Positions 40,179 through 53,575 of a DNA stretch of 64,000 nucleotides are shown one piece after another. The position numbers and the translations under genes were made by a program. The DNA is from Eledone cirrhosa (Eukaryota), in contig OZ024743.1 in NCBI GenBank assembly GCA_964016885.1, positions 69,006,001 through 69,070,000 on the forward strand, in the 5' to 3' direction. The notes beneath the pieces were generated by a model, which was not told the DNA's origin, searched no databases, and saw nothing but the letters and a program-made list of their open reading frames with translations. The stretch's first letter is position 1, and every line of letters begins with the position of its first letter.

Positions 40179-41810
40179 TTGTACCAGGAAGGGGCACCAC
40201 TGATGCCCTCTTCCTTGTGCGGCAGTAACAGGAAAAGTACCTAGCTAAAAGTAAGCCACTCTACTTGGCATTTGTCGACCTTGAGAAAGCCTTTGACAGA
40301 GTTCCACGTGCTGTAATCTGGTGGGCTCTTAGAAAACTAGGAGTAGATGAATGGTTTGTGAAAGCGGTAGAAGCCATATATAGGGGAGCAGTCAGCAAAG
40401 TTAGGATTAGCAATGAGTATAGCGATGAATTTAGCGTACAGGTTGGAGTCCACCAGGGCTCTGTTCTTAGCCCCCTTCTGTTCATCATAGTCCTGCAGGC
40501 AATAACGGAGGAGTTTAAGACCGGATGCCCATGGGAACTCCTGTATGCTGATGACCTCGCACTCATAGCTGAATCTATGGTAGAACTAGAGAATAAATTC
40601 CAAACTTGGAAGCAGGGACTAGAAAGAAAGGGTCTCAAAGTCAACATGACAAAGACTAAGGTCCTTGTAAGTAGACGAGAAAACAGAACCCAGATCCCAT
40701 CAGGGAAATGGCCTTGCTCAGTATGTAGGAAATGTGTAGGTAGGAACTCCATTCTCTGCCCCAAATGCAAACAATGGGTACACAAGCGATGTAGGGGGAA
40801 CTCAGGAAGCTTAATTAAGAATGTAGGCTTCACATGCAGCAGCGGTGCTGGGACAGCAAGCAGCAAACAGCCACAGGAAACAAGTACCACCAATCTTTGG
40901 GAGGGCTCTGTAGAAACAGTAGACAGCTTCTGCTACCTAGGTGACCGAATTAGCAGTAGAGGTGGGTGTTCAGAAAGTACAATCACTAGGGTAAGAACGG
41001 GATGGAAGAAGTTTAGGGAACTACTACCACTGCTAGCTGCAAAAGGCTTCTCCATCAGAATGAAAGGCAGACTGTATGATGCGTGTATCCGAACAGCAAT
41101 GTTGCATGGTAGTGAGACCTGGGCGCTGAAGGTGGAAGACTTACGTAGATTAGAGAGAAACGAAGCCTGCATGCTCCGGTGTATGTGTAACAGTAATATA
41201 CGTGAACGACAAAGCATAAATGAATTGAGAGAGAGACTGAGCATAAAAGGAATCAAATGCTGTGTGCAGGAGAGGCGGTTGCGCTGGTATGGACATGTGA
41301 TGCGTATGAAGGATGACAGCTGCATAAAAAGGTGCAGAGCACTAGAAGTCGATGGAAACCGCAGAGTGGGGAGACCCAAGATGCCCTGGGATGAGGTGAT
41401 AAAAGCCGACCTTACCCAATTACACCTCTCAAAGACAATGACACACGACCGTGACCTCTGGCGTCACGCAGTAATACAGAGTACCCGACCTCCCATGGGT
41501 ACAAGCTGAAGCATATAGACAATATGCCCCCACACCCCCCACCGCAAGGTGGTCGTGGAGGTGCCACGGCAAAAAAGCACCCAGCCCACACTGTAAAGTG
41601 GACGTGTAGGCGCCACGAAAAAGCACCCAGCACTCACTGTAAATGAGGTTGGTGTTAGGAAGGGCATCCAGCTGTAGAAATCAAGCCAAATCAGTTCCTG
41701 TATGAGCAAGGCATGGTCAGCCGACCAGACACTGCCCACAACAGGACAACCCGTCTAACCCATGCTAGCGTGGAATAACGGACGTAAAACGGTGATGAGG
41801 ATGATGATGA

Positions 41811-41813
<3 letters not shown>
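40179..41813 (+). mobile_element. 5'-truncated RTE-clade LINE in (TA)n, with (GAT)n tail
   Basis: FVPGRGTTDA, FVDLEKAFD, GVHQGSVLSPLLF, YADD, LHGSETW, LRWYGHV; 3' UTR and GAT repeats. Confidence 0.95.
40265..41509 (+). CDS. RTE reverse transcriptase (partial) with PHD-like Cys-rich insert
   Basis: 414-aa open frame; one upstream in-frame TAA shows decay. Confidence 0.85.
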   Translation: MAFVDLEKAFDRVPRAVIWWALRKLGVDEWFVKAVEAIYRGAVSKVRISNEYSDEFSVQVGVHQGSVLSPLLFIIVLQAITEEFKTGCPWELLYADDLALIAESMVELENKFQTWKQGLERKGLKVNMTKTKVLVSRRENRTQIPSGKWPCSVCRKCVGRNSILCPKCKQWVHKRCRGNSGSLIKNVGFTCSSGAGTASSKQPQETSTTNLWEGSVETVDSFCYLGDRISSRGGCSESTITRVRTGWKKFRELLPLLAAKGFSIRMKGRLYDACIRTAMLHGSETWALKVEDLRRLERNEACMLRCMCNSNIRERQSINELRERLSIKGIKCCVQERRLRWYGHVMRMKDDSCIKRCRALEVDGNRRVGRPKMPWDEVIKADLTQLHLSKTMTHDRDLWRHAVIQSTRPPMGTS

Positions 41814-41847
<34 letters not shown>

Positions 41848-41850
<3 letters not shown>

Positions 41851-42022
41851 TGGGGGGCTCCTACATGGACACACTGGAAGAGGAAGACCGAGGTTAACAT
41901 ATGTCGATGCCCTAAGGACAGACACTGTTCTCTTGGAGACGCAGGACATGCCAATGATAATGAGGGACAGAGTCTGCTGGAGAGAACTCGTCCATGGATC
42001 TCGGGAATTTTACCCACCCTAG
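41848..42022 (+). mobile_element. RTE-type LINE 3' end
   Basis: HGHTGRGRPRLTYVDALR..; ends CCCTAG-(AT)n; homologous to 54245-54438. Confidence 0.8.
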
Positions 42023-42107
42023 ATATATATATATATATATATATATATAAACACGCTCACACACATATACACGTGTATATATATATATATATATACACAT
42101 ATATATT

Positions 42108-42146
<39 letters not shown>

Positions 42147-42186
42147 CGTGTATAGATATTTTTAATTTAGACATAGAGTCAGTAAA

Positions 42187-42375
42187 TTAGGGGGAAGAGA
42201 AAAGCTGAATATCTCAACTCCAGTATTTGATTAGTGCTTTATTTTATGGACCCCAAAAGGATGAGAAGTAAGTTTAACTTCGGTAGGATTTAAATTCGAA
42301 ATGTAAAGAGTTAGAACAAATAGGGCATTGGTATTTTATCTAATGCTCTACCAATTCTGCAAATCTATCACCCTC
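42187..42375 (-). mobile_element. Old diverged SINE
   Basis: Weak match to SINE core and head. Confidence 0.6.
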
Positions 42376-42466
42376 CAATGGATATATATTATATATGAAT
42401 GAATAGTTATACATTTGAATAAACACAACATGAAAAGCCGGAAAATGTGAAATACCAGCAGGTTAC

Positions 42467-42525
42467 CTTCTCGGACACGGAGTCATGTCGTCATTAAAAT
42501 ATGGCGGCGCCAAGTTGGCTGCCAT
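42467..42525 (-). CDS. Candidate first coding exon of an unknown host gene (MAANLAPPYFNDDMTPCPR..)
   Basis: AACATGG start context, AAG|GTAACC donor, locally GC/CpG-rich non-repetitive patch; no homology recognised. Confidence 0.3.
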
Positions 42526-42722
42526 GTTAAAAGGTTTGCTTTTTGTATTTGTGAATGTATCTCACACACACTTCGACGGGTAAACTCACATAAATAAACA
42601 CTATGTGTACACACACACACAAACACACACAAAATCCTGTAAGACAAATATATTCATGTGTAAAATGAAACGTACATATACTAACCTTCACACACACACA
42701 CATACATACATGTATACCTATA

Positions 42723-42809
<87 letters not shown>

Positions 42810-43309
42810 TAACACGTTAATCACAGTTCTACCATAATTGAATAGAATAGGTTAATGATCAAATGATCAAAACATCCTCATTATATCTCAGTTTCATTTA
42901 TAGCTTATGCACGACCACATTATCCAATGTGTTCCCCTCTTTATTTTTTAGTAGAAGGTGATTTAGCTGCCATTTTCAGCAGACGGAATTACGGAATAAC
43001 ACTCCCTCCTTATTTGAAAATGAGAGAAATTCTATTTGTTGTTTCTACATCAACCCATCTCGATAAAATCATTGTTTACATGTTGCTGAACGGTGGACCC
43101 TGTATAGAATTGTACGACATTATGGAATTAGCAGCCAAACCTCCCTCAAACAACACTACTCCCAGAAAGAAGTTCTGATATCGTAGCCCAATGTATATGT
43201 CTAGAAAGATGGCATTGTCATGGTTAAAGCGCCTTTGATCATAGATTCGCTACATTAAGTTTGACCTACCACTAAACTAGAACATCTATCTGTGTATGTT
43301 CAAATAACA

Positions 43310-43522
43310 GTTTTTAATTTTGGTACAAGACCAGCAATTTCATTGGACAGAAAAGCCGATTTTACTGACCCAGTACTTGATTGGTACTTTATTTTATCGA
43401 ATCTGGTATTATGAAAGACAACTCTCTGACTTAGAGGGGATTTGATCTCAGAACGTAAAGAACCGCAACAATCACTACTAAGATTTTGTCCGAAGCTCTA
43501 ATGACACAATCAATCCACTGCC
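43310..43522 (-). mobile_element. Diverged SINE
   Basis: rc of SINE head and core. Confidence 0.65.
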
Positions 43523-43544
43523 ATGTGTGTATATTTGAAAGACA

Positions 43545-43770
43545 GTCTGGTGTCCTCGGCTCTAGGGCTACCTCCTTACTCACCACCATAGGCGCTGAGC
43601 TGGCCAGCCGTAGGTGTGAGCCTCGTGAGCTGGAATAGCTTTTCCAGCGCGTCTCCCTTGCCGTCCCCCGGGCAAACGCCTTCTCCATTCTGTCCGTCGG
43701 GGCTGTGGGGAGGCCACCAATATTATTGACTTACTTGTTATTTCATCAGTCAGATGTTCAAATGATAATG
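43545..43770 (-). mobile_element. GC-rich dispersed repeat, possibly a LINE 5' UTR; uninterrupted paralog of the Merlin insertion site
   Basis: Colinear with 59663-59785 joined to 60712-60798. Confidence 0.7.
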
Positions 43771-45524
43771 CAAAACTCAGTTGTTAGTTGCCGAAACACT
43801 GCATCCTTTAAAACCTCCATGCTTCCTGAAATTTGCCAACACTACGCCTGATATCTCTCCTCCATACACACGCACACATGTATATCATGACTCATACACT
43901 GTAATTGCAATTATTATCACGAACAAAATAAGAGCACTTAATGCATTTGGTTTAGTGACATGATGTTTTATAGTTTCATCTAGTTTAATGACTTATAGTA
44001 TTAGATCTGCAACAAATATTGTGTTAATATTAATCATCAGAGGGATATAGGAATGAACGTGGAATAGAATATGAGTACGGGAAAAAGTATGTTATCTAAA
44101 ACTTATACCACAAATTTACACACATTATAGTGAATGAGCGAGTTAGTGCGTGTGTGTGTGTTTGTGTGATGAATTAACGAAACGTTGAAAGATTTCAAAA
44201 TTGAGAAACCCAAATAACTGTAGAAACAGTCAATTGCTATAAACTAATTACCTTACACAATCTGGCAAAATATCCCTGATAGAAAATATGGCCACTAACC
44301 GAAATACCTGTAGAAGTATTTTACCCGATTTTCTAAGCAGGCGAAAACTATAAAATTATTAAATATATCTTTAAAAACTGCTTTCCGATATATTTAGTTT
44401 AAATATGTTAGGTTAATATAGAGAAGTCAATATATAATTCAGCAAATGGCAAATATTTCGGTGTTAGGCAACATTTCCTGTCTTTTAAATTCAATGTCTA
44501 TACTATATGTAACACAATTATACCAGCGAGTCGTAAGGTCAGCTCTATAATGAATTAAATATCGTGTCATATACAGACAAAATAAGCTCTACCTTGGCTC
44601 CGTGATTTTATAGTGTGTGTGTGTGTGTGTGTGTGAGAGAGATAGAGAGATGTTGGATTCCTATGTCGAAAGAGAGTGGTGGTAGTATTGATAGTAGCGG
44701 TGTCGGTGATGATATTGGTGTTAGCGCGGAAGAAAAAGTACAATGGGACGTTTTTGATAGCCGGGAAATTGAAAGTGATAGGACGTTAATGGTGGTATTG
44801 GATATATTAGTTTTAGTTTTGGTTCTGATATGCTGGCAATGGACATAGCCGTAAGGATTATGGTAGTGGACCAGATGATGTCATTGTTTAATGTTGTTTA
44901 TTTTTTCATCATCCCGACCACCAAGAAATAATGCCCAGAAGATTATTTTTGGACAAAAACTACAGCAGAAATGTTGCTCAGCTGATGGGACTTGAAAGAA
45001 AAACAGAGTTTCTGATTTCATATTTCTGAATTCAGTTAACAAACATACTTTGTTTACTTCACTATATTTGGCATCTCTCCTTTGCAATGATGTTATTGGT
45101 ACTTTTGTTCTTATCGGTATGTTGTTCTTTCTTTAGGCTTCGTTTCAATTTGACTTGTTTAATCCGATTCTTTTTAACATATTTTGTATTGTTTTCCTCT
45201 ATGATGATCTTAAAATGTGCTTGCAGTAAAACAGCGGCTCATGATGTGTTTTTGCACATTTACTTATAGTTTGAGTTTGACTACCTAACTGGATGGGAGA
45301 CAAGATCCGAGCAATTGACACTAAGAACCGAAGACATTTTAAAGCTCCTGCAATTTCTAAAGGGTTAGTACCATAAACCGATTCTACGAAGGCAGATGAT
45401 AAACATCGTACCAAACAGATTTTGAGTGTTACATCATATCCATTCTACACCATCTAGTAGCCACCAGGCGTAGGAACCCATCTATTCTATAGAACATAAC
45501 TGTCTATATGTATTAGAAAACATC

Positions 45525-45935
45525 ATTGAGAAGCTGCTGCTTGAGAAATGCTTTCAGAATAATGAATAAAACTACACATCCAGGGAATTTGCACATCAAT
45601 ACCTCGATGAATCATTGAATGTACGGCAGTACGCTTCATCAAGAGAGTCATGTATAGTTATGTTCTCAGAAATTCTCAAAGTGAGAGAAATATAGATAAG
45701 GAAATTTGCTAATGTACCAAAACATCTGTGAGGGAACTATTGCTGCAATCCACAAACAGGTAACATCACCTAAATATGTACGGGTGAAAACACGTAGATA
45801 CGACAAATAATGTAGACTGTGGAATAAACACACATACCAAATACATCATAAGCAGCTGTTTGAAGAGGTCAGTGCAGTAGTATCAACATATTAGACATGA
45901 TATATTGGACAAAACACTATATAATGCAATCCTCA
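45525..45935 (+). mobile_element. Decayed C-terminal fragment of an R4/Dong-like non-LTR retrotransposon
   Basis: Frameshifted EGTIAAI..QV, CRLC, IISSC, RHDILDKTLYNAI matches the CCHC knuckle-RHD signature. Confidence 0.55.
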
Positions 45936-46061
45936 GGATGATAAGTAGCCCTGAGGATAAAAATATGTTTATCCCGGGTTCAATCTGGGGTTAACCACAG
46001 TAAGTAAGGTACTCAATACATAGCAGAGTTTAAATATTTAATATAGAAATGGCTTCTACAA

Positions 46062-46102
46062 GACTTGACCGGTTTCATTCGGAAGAAATCATCAGGAAAG
46101 CC
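46062..46102 (-). ncRNA. Minimal hammerhead ribozyme
   Basis: rc: GGCTTTC-CTGATGA-TTTC ttcc GAAT-GAAAC-CG-GTC-AAGTC; stem I imperfect. Confidence 0.65.
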
Positions 46103-46219
46103 GACTGTCAGTGTAATATGGTGGTATTTATACATTTTCTGGGGGGAGGAGAGGGTGGTGATTGGGATGGGTGGAGGTCGTATATATATGTGTGTGTGAG
46201 TGAATGTGTGTGTGTGTGT

Positions 46220-46309
46220 GCCTTTCATCCTTACGAGGTCGATAAAATAAAGTACCAGTGGTGCACTGGAGTAATCGCTGGCCTTGTGCCAAAAGTAGAA
46301 ACACTATTA
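46220..46309 (+). mobile_element. SINE 3' half
   Basis: Shared core and tail. Confidence 0.8.
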
Positions 46310-47070
46310 TGAAATGAGTGATATGTATATCTATGTTTCTATTTAGATATACGAGGTTATATTTATATATATGTATGTATATCTAGTTTATCTGAATTGG
46401 AGAGTATATTATAGAAAATATGTTTATACATCTACATAAGTCTATAAATTTACACTTAAGGCTGACGATATAGAAATTCATTCAACAATACTTACCACTG
46501 TAGTAGAAAACAAGATAACGATAGGTTTTATTGATAATAGAATTTTTGAGAAGACACCGTCTTACCGCCAAATACCCTACAGGGTTATATCTGTTGATAT
46601 AGCAAAGTTTTGTTTTGTATTTCATCTAAATATTTATTAGTCTTATCAAAGTAGACATTAATTATGTTATTTATAGATATCTATTATAATGTAATAAGTA
46701 CTAACAGAGGATGGTTATATGTATTTCATATATACAAATATAAATGTGTGTGTGTGTGAGTGTAAACACACACATACACACACAGATATATATATATATA
46801 TAATTGATAAATGATTCAAAACAGAGAAGGGATGCAATCATATTAAATTCACGCCTAAAGGAAATTATATATATATATAAGCATTGGCATACAATGATAG
46901 ATGCGTTAGGTATATAGTTAACTAACTAATATTTTGCCTATCTGTGTTTTCACCATTCGCCGAGTAACACTAACAGGTAACTATCTTAAACTAATCCTAC
47001 TATATCATTATATATATCAGCTATATTCACAGAATGTATTATAGTTAATTGTATTATTAGTCAGTGTCTC

Positions 47071-47285
47071 GGCGGTGGAATAGCAGAGTTGTCAGTGGGT
47101 TGATTTCATGCCTAGCAGTATTTGTTACTGCTCTTTACGTAGTGAGCCCAAATCCCGCCGATATCAACTTTCTGAAACATCCTTCGGGGTCCATAACATA
47201 AAGGAACAATCAAGTACTGGAGTTAATTTTATTGGCTTTCTTCTGCCACCAAATTACTGGTTTTGTGACCCTAAATTAGAAACTA
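47071..47285 (+). mobile_element. Old diverged SINE
   Basis: GGCGGTGGAATAGCAGAG head, AAATCCCGCCGA, degenerate core. Confidence 0.6.
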
Positions 47286-47740
47286 GTGTTCTTTCTTAAT
47301 TTATAATCTTCTCTCATTTCAGTGCAATGTGTCGGTCGTTAGCCATAAAATAAATGGTACTCAGTACAAGTTCTAATTTAACGACCTAGGTGCCAACGGC
47401 GAGAGGAAATCAAGCACCGTTGCATTTCCCTTACGAAAATATTTTCTAGACATTTTCATGAAATGTTTTTGAGTCTCCAATTAACGAGATTTGCTTGTGA
47501 TTCTCGTGGCCCGCGTCTATATGTTAACCAATGTAACAGCGGTGTAGCAACGCCATCATCTGATTGCAGTATTGTTTTCTTCATGACGCATCAGTCGTGG
47601 CAGCCACATCGTTCAACGGTTTATGAACCGTCATGTAATGGCGTAAGATATAAGCGAATAAAAAACATACTCTACAGTGTATATATATTTCTGCGTGCAT
47701 GCCTACATAGATTTGTAAATAAAGGGAGAAACATATAAGC

Positions 47741-47742
<2 letters not shown>

Positions 47743-47789
<47 letters not shown>

Positions 47790-47812
47790 GTATATATGTA
47801 TATATGTGTACG

Positions 47813-47901
<89 letters not shown>

Positions 47902-47936
47902 ATATATTTATATATATTTATATATATATATATATA

Positions 47937-48016
<80 letters not shown>

Positions 48017-48023
48017 ATATATC

Positions 48024-48076
<53 letters not shown>

Positions 48077-48081
48077 ATATA

Positions 48082-48154
<73 letters not shown>

Positions 48155-48197
48155 CTGTATATATATGTATATATATATATATGTATCCGTATATATT

Positions 48198-48256
<59 letters not shown>

Positions 48257-48310
48257 GTATATATATGTATACATATATATACACATATATATTTACATAT
48301 ATATATGTAA

Positions 48311-48341
<31 letters not shown>

Positions 48342-48614
48342 CAAGGTGGGATAGAGAAAGAGATACTGAAAGAGAGTAGCTGAACCCACATCAAGGCGCA
48401 CATATATATATATATAAAAACATATAGATTCACAGAAATAGTAACATATCTGAAAAACCGATACGCCTAGAAGTATTTAAGCCGAGTTCTGCTTAAGTGG
48501 TTTTAAAGCCCATTTTTATCCCACTCCAAATGTCTAGACAGTCATAACACCATTTGTAGACTGGTGTATTTAGTAAAACATACATACGTTTCCATTGATA
48601 TAAAATGCCATATA

Positions 48615-48645
<31 letters not shown>

Positions 48646-48707
48646 GGCATTTTATATATATATATATTTGTTTATGTCTATATATATATACATATATATA
48701 TATACAC

Positions 48708-48751
<44 letters not shown>

Positions 48752-48826
48752 ACATATATATATATATATATATATGTATACATATATATATATATATAAA
48801 TACGTATATATATATATATATATACG

Positions 48827-48914
<88 letters not shown>

Positions 48915-48936
48915 CATTTATATACATTTGTATATT

Positions 48937-48978
<42 letters not shown>

Positions 48979-48995
48979 CATTTATATACATTTAC

Positions 48996-49076
<81 letters not shown>

Positions 49077-49130
49077 CATTGATATATATATGTATATACA
49101 TATATAAACATACCTTTATATATACATACA
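47743..49130. repeat. Very long interrupted (TA)n arrays
   Basis: Two ~500-600 bp (TA)n tracts separated by ~250 bp unique sequence. Confidence 0.9.
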
Positions 49131-49344
49131 AGCAGACACGCGCACAGCTATGTACGTAGATATATTAACTGGTATATTTACAATATACACATAAGTTGGA
49201 CGCCAATCTATCATATTTATGACAGTTATGTTATAAAAGTGAAAAGATGAATGTAGTTATTTTCAATACTTTTTCTATAATCCCAATCCCCGGTTTTCTC
49301 CGAGTCCAAAGTATTACGCATAATGTGTTGGTATTAGTAAATAC

Positions 49345-49383
<39 letters not shown>

Positions 49384-49387
49384 CATT

Positions 49388-49477
<90 letters not shown>

Positions 49478-49514
49478 AAAGAATAGAGGTGTAATCAGCC
49501 GAGACAAACCTACA

Positions 49515-49611
49515 TTTGGCGCGAAATCAATTTTTAACATTCACATGACCTCTACCGACCAATCAAAATTGTTTTGACCACAAGAATGTTTGCAACACAA
49601 TTGGCGCGAAA
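49515..49611. promoter_or_regulatory. Cluster of E2F-like sites, E-box and CCAAT box
   Basis: TTTGGCGCGAAA 49515-49526, TCACATGA 49541-49548, CCAATC 49559-49564, TTGGCGCGAAA 49601-49611. Confidence 0.35.
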
Positions 49612-49888
49612 CTTATTTTAATACATCTGGAGCCACTTTTTTCACATAAAACAGGTAGAATTTCCAAAACTAATCAGATTAGAGCAAACATCACGGGCAG
49701 CTCGATCTCAAAATTATTTTTGAAAGCATTAGAAATGCGCAACCGGTAAAAACTTAAAACCAAAACTGAATACTAACCAATACTTATTACTAATTTTTAC
49801 TTATTCCTAATGAAACTATTTTTCACTGGGAACAATTTGTCAGCATTTTCTTTTCCTTTTACCAATATATATATATACATACATTCAT

Positions 49889-49919
<31 letters not shown>

Positions 49920-49963
49920 TATATATATATATATTTATATGTATATATGTATATATATGTATG

Positions 49964-50046
<83 letters not shown>

Positions 50047-50052
<6 letters not shown>

Positions 50053-50630
50053 AACAAACCGAGCATTATAATAAATGTTCGGTGAATCCATACGTACATA
50101 TATATGTGTGTGCATGTATGTATATATATACATACTACTGTACGTCTGTATACATATATGTATGTACGTATACATACACAGTTATATTTAAGTATCCGCC
50201 GTACTAAGAGTGAGAAATGAAATTTCATTTTTTACCTTTATCGTTTTCGGTACACCTGGCCGACTAACTCACTCGATATGCAAATTAGGCTGCTCAGCCG
50301 TTAATATGCATAAGGAAAGTATATACTTTAAAACGTTCAATCGGCTGACAGGAAGGTATACGCTGCTGATGACAGCTAATAAGCTTGAAACTAGTACATC
50401 GTACCTTTGTCAGTGTTGAACAAAAGGGAAACGATGGTTGCCGAACACTGTACGTCTAATAATTCGGTTTGTTTACAAACAAACCGAGCATTATAATAAA
50501 TGTTCGGAAACCCATACGTAAATATATATATGTGAGTATGTACATATGTATATACATACTACTGTACGTCTGTATACATATATGTATGTACGTAGACATA
50601 CTTATATTTAAGTATCAGCCGTAATAAGAT
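50047..50630 (+). mobile_element. Family A pLTR in partial tandem arrangement with HHR at 50360-50402
   Basis: 50050-50210 directly repeated at 50475-50629; ACGCTG-CTGATGA-C-AGCT aata AGCT-T-GAAAC-TA-GTA-CATCGT. Confidence 0.8.
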
Positions 50631-50644
50631 AATATATATATAGT

Positions 50645-52523
50645 AAAAATAAAAAGGCATATAGAAGGTGATGAGGGAGAAAAAGTATATATGGGTAGAA
50701 AGTATGAGTTCGTACGATTCGTGGTGAGTGGAAGGCGTGATGAGTAAAGAAGAACCTCAAGCTGGTTGAGTAATCGTAGGAATGTTAATCCAGTATAAAA
50801 GTAGATGCGATTTCAGATGCGGACACATCTGAAGATCTCGGTTTTAGAGATGAAGGAGCTTTTATTTTTAATTTTTTTCACTGCCTTATAATCCCCCCCA
50901 CCTACTTTCTACCTTGCCTTTTACACATACACACCCACGACCTTTATACTTTACTCAGTTCACTTTTTAACCAGATACTCGTATCTAGATCCCATCACAA
51001 TCCTTTTACAACATTTTTTTTCCCTTACCTGTTCTTAATATTGTGTTTATTTTTTTAATTTCAGTTTTACTCCTCTTTTGTCCTTACTTACCCACTAGGT
51101 TTTTTATTGTACTTACATAGGGTTGTGTGCTTATATAGGGTGCTTATGCAGACAGGATTATGTGTACATACATATATAGGTTTTTGATTTTTTATTGTAT
51201 GTGTGTGTATGTGTGCGTGTATATATATATATGTGTGTGTGTATGTGTGTATGTATATGTGTGTATATGTATATATACATACATATGTATATATGTATAT
51301 ATATGTAATATGTATGTGTATATATATATATGTACGTGTGTGTGTATATATATACATATATACGTATATATGTGTGTTTGTTTATATTTATATATGTGTG
51401 TGTGTTTGTATATATTTATTATATTTATTAACTTTGCCTTTCATCCTTACGGGGTCGATAAAATAAAGTACCAGTAATGCACTGGTTAATTGCTGGCCTT
51501 GTGCCAAAAGTAGAAACAATCATATTTATATGGTTAAATGTATGTGCTTACGTATATGTGTGTGTATGCGGCTATATATATACTTTTGTATATATGGGTT
51601 ATTTTTGGTGTGTAAGGCTTTACGTATGATTTTTTATATGCGTGTGATGATTTTCTTACGTGCGTGTGCGCGCGCACGGCACGCATTTGTTTACGTATGT
51701 ACGTAGGTTATGGATCTCTGCTCTTTTTTGTAGACCCTTATGTGTATGTATGTGGATGCGTGTGTATTTCTGTTGTATGGATGTTTTTATATACGTATGT
51801 ATGTGTGTGGTTGTGTATGTGTATATTTATTTTTGTAAGCATGTGTATGTGCGTATGTACGTATGTTTATTATATATATATATATACACATGCATATGTG
51901 TGCGTGTTTGTATACGTGTGTATGAGTATCTATGCATTTATATATATATATGTGTGTGTGTGTGTGTATATGTATGTGTATATTTATGTATATATATTTG
52001 TATGTGCACATCTCGTGTATATGTATGTTTTTAATTTGTTTTTATCCCCGCTCCCTCCACACCCTCTTACCTATCGTTGTCAACAAGTCTCCCTTTCGCC
52101 TTTATTTTATTTTTTATTTTTTTACTTTTTATATTTTTTGTTCTTATTCATTTATTTATTTATTACTTCATGTATATGTATGTGTTTGTATTTATGTTCC
52201 TGTCGGTAAACGCTAATACGTTTATGTGATATAGTAATTGTCTTCGTACCTTTAAAGTATAATTTACGTCGTTTGGTGAGTCAGCTTACGTTCTGGATTA
52301 ATTTTTTTCCTATATATATTTATATTTTTTTTTCTACTCTTCTTTTTCCTCCATTTGTTTCTCAGCCTCACTTTTATATTTTTTAAATATTTTTATTTTC
52401 AAATCCATATTTAATAAAAACACCATGCTTTTTATTCATTCTAACGACTGAAAACAGATATAAATATCTGCTTTCAAGAAACCACTGGTAAATGAAATAA
52501 TCATCTTATGTTGTTTATTACAT

Positions 52524-52528
<5 letters not shown>
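50645..52528 (+). mobile_element. PLE5-related 3' region with inverted 5' piece, internal TG/TA low complexity, inserted SINE (51428-51521) and HHR (52435-52496)
   Basis: 50700-50850 matches 57395-57550 directly; ~50864-50910 is the rc of ~57290-57325; HHR TTCATT-CTAACGA-...-GAAAC-CACTG-GTA-AATGAA; terminus is the rc of 55362-55450. Confidence 0.6.
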
Positions 52529-52583
<55 letters not shown>

Positions 52584-52639
52584 AGGCAAGTATCTATGTA
52601 TGTATAATTTTAAACAACAGTATCTATGTTTGGTTTATG

Positions 52640-53575
52640 TATAAGTATGTGTGGCCATAGGAGTCGATCGAGGCAGGAGTAGGGGTCGTGAGTGTATGGG
52701 AGGAGGGTTACCTTCAGCTCGGTGTGGCGGGGCTACTGTCCCTATATCTTGACGGAAGTTCCTATCCCAATGTGTTGTTATTGTCCAAATAGCTTGAGGA
52801 AGGTCCCGGCCCTGAGGTGTCTACATGTATCGAAGACGTCAGTCCTGAGGTTTATTAGTTATACCATCGGTCTTTGAACCTTGTTGATGTGGCTCCTATG
52901 TAAAGGTGTTCAGAGTTGGGGATTTTTACTCTACATCCGTAAATTAAGTTCTTCCTTAGGCATTCATTAATAAGGGGGTTTAATGTGTGGGTTCTGCAGT
53001 TGCAGGAGGTGGTTGACCCCAGTGTGCCTAATGTAGGGTTCCCGTTGCGTATTATAGGGTGGTGCTCCCCCGGGCCCGGTGGGGAGTCCCTGGGTCTGTT
53101 TGGGTTCCCAGGCAGGGTACTGGGTCCACCCTTCCTTTCCCCCACATGGCTCTGCTGGTTGCTTATATTGCCAGCTTTTGATTGTGTGTAGTTTTTACGT
53201 CTACCCCTATTGATGCTAGCTATGTGCCTGGCAACATTTCGCGTGGTAGAATACAAGAGCTTCACAGTGTGCCTGTTGAAGATATTGTGGTATATATGGT
53301 CCCTCGGTAAGCATTTATTTAGTGCTCTAAACAATAATCGGGCCAGGCTGTTCTTTAGGGCCGCTGAGTAGGGAGGGTTGTACCACGTGGTTTTTCTACG
53401 TCTATTCCTATGTGGGTGGCTTGTGCATGAGGTGGGCTGTTGGGGAATGGTTGGGTTGCTAGTTGTTCCTGCATTATTGCTTCCCCTTTGGGCGCTATGG
53501 GTTTTGCTAGCTTCCCGGCCCGTATATGTGGGGTGGTTGTTGCCCACGCTGGGAGTTCTGCAATGGGATGATCCT
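52640..53575 (-). mobile_element. Decayed PLE C-terminal fragment (PLE4), GC-richer family
   Basis: ORF 52855-53619: TWYNPPYS...FNRHTVKLLYS, CNCRTHTLNPLINEC, LIYGCRV...LYIGATSTRFKDRWYN. Confidence 0.9.

Noticed and set aside
40261-41379. Minus-strand ORFs of 210 and 148 aa
   Set aside because: Antisense shadows of the RTE ORF
46458-46490. CTGACGA-TATA-GAAA as a stem-II-less HHR (also CTGATGA at 5804, 26031, 59593, 60617)
   Set aside because: No pairing stem I/III
50828-50860. CTGAAGA-TCTC..GAGA-TGAAG as an HHR (also 57531)
   Set aside because: No GAAA or stem I; it is the antisense of the PLE ORF end (EIFRC.PH)
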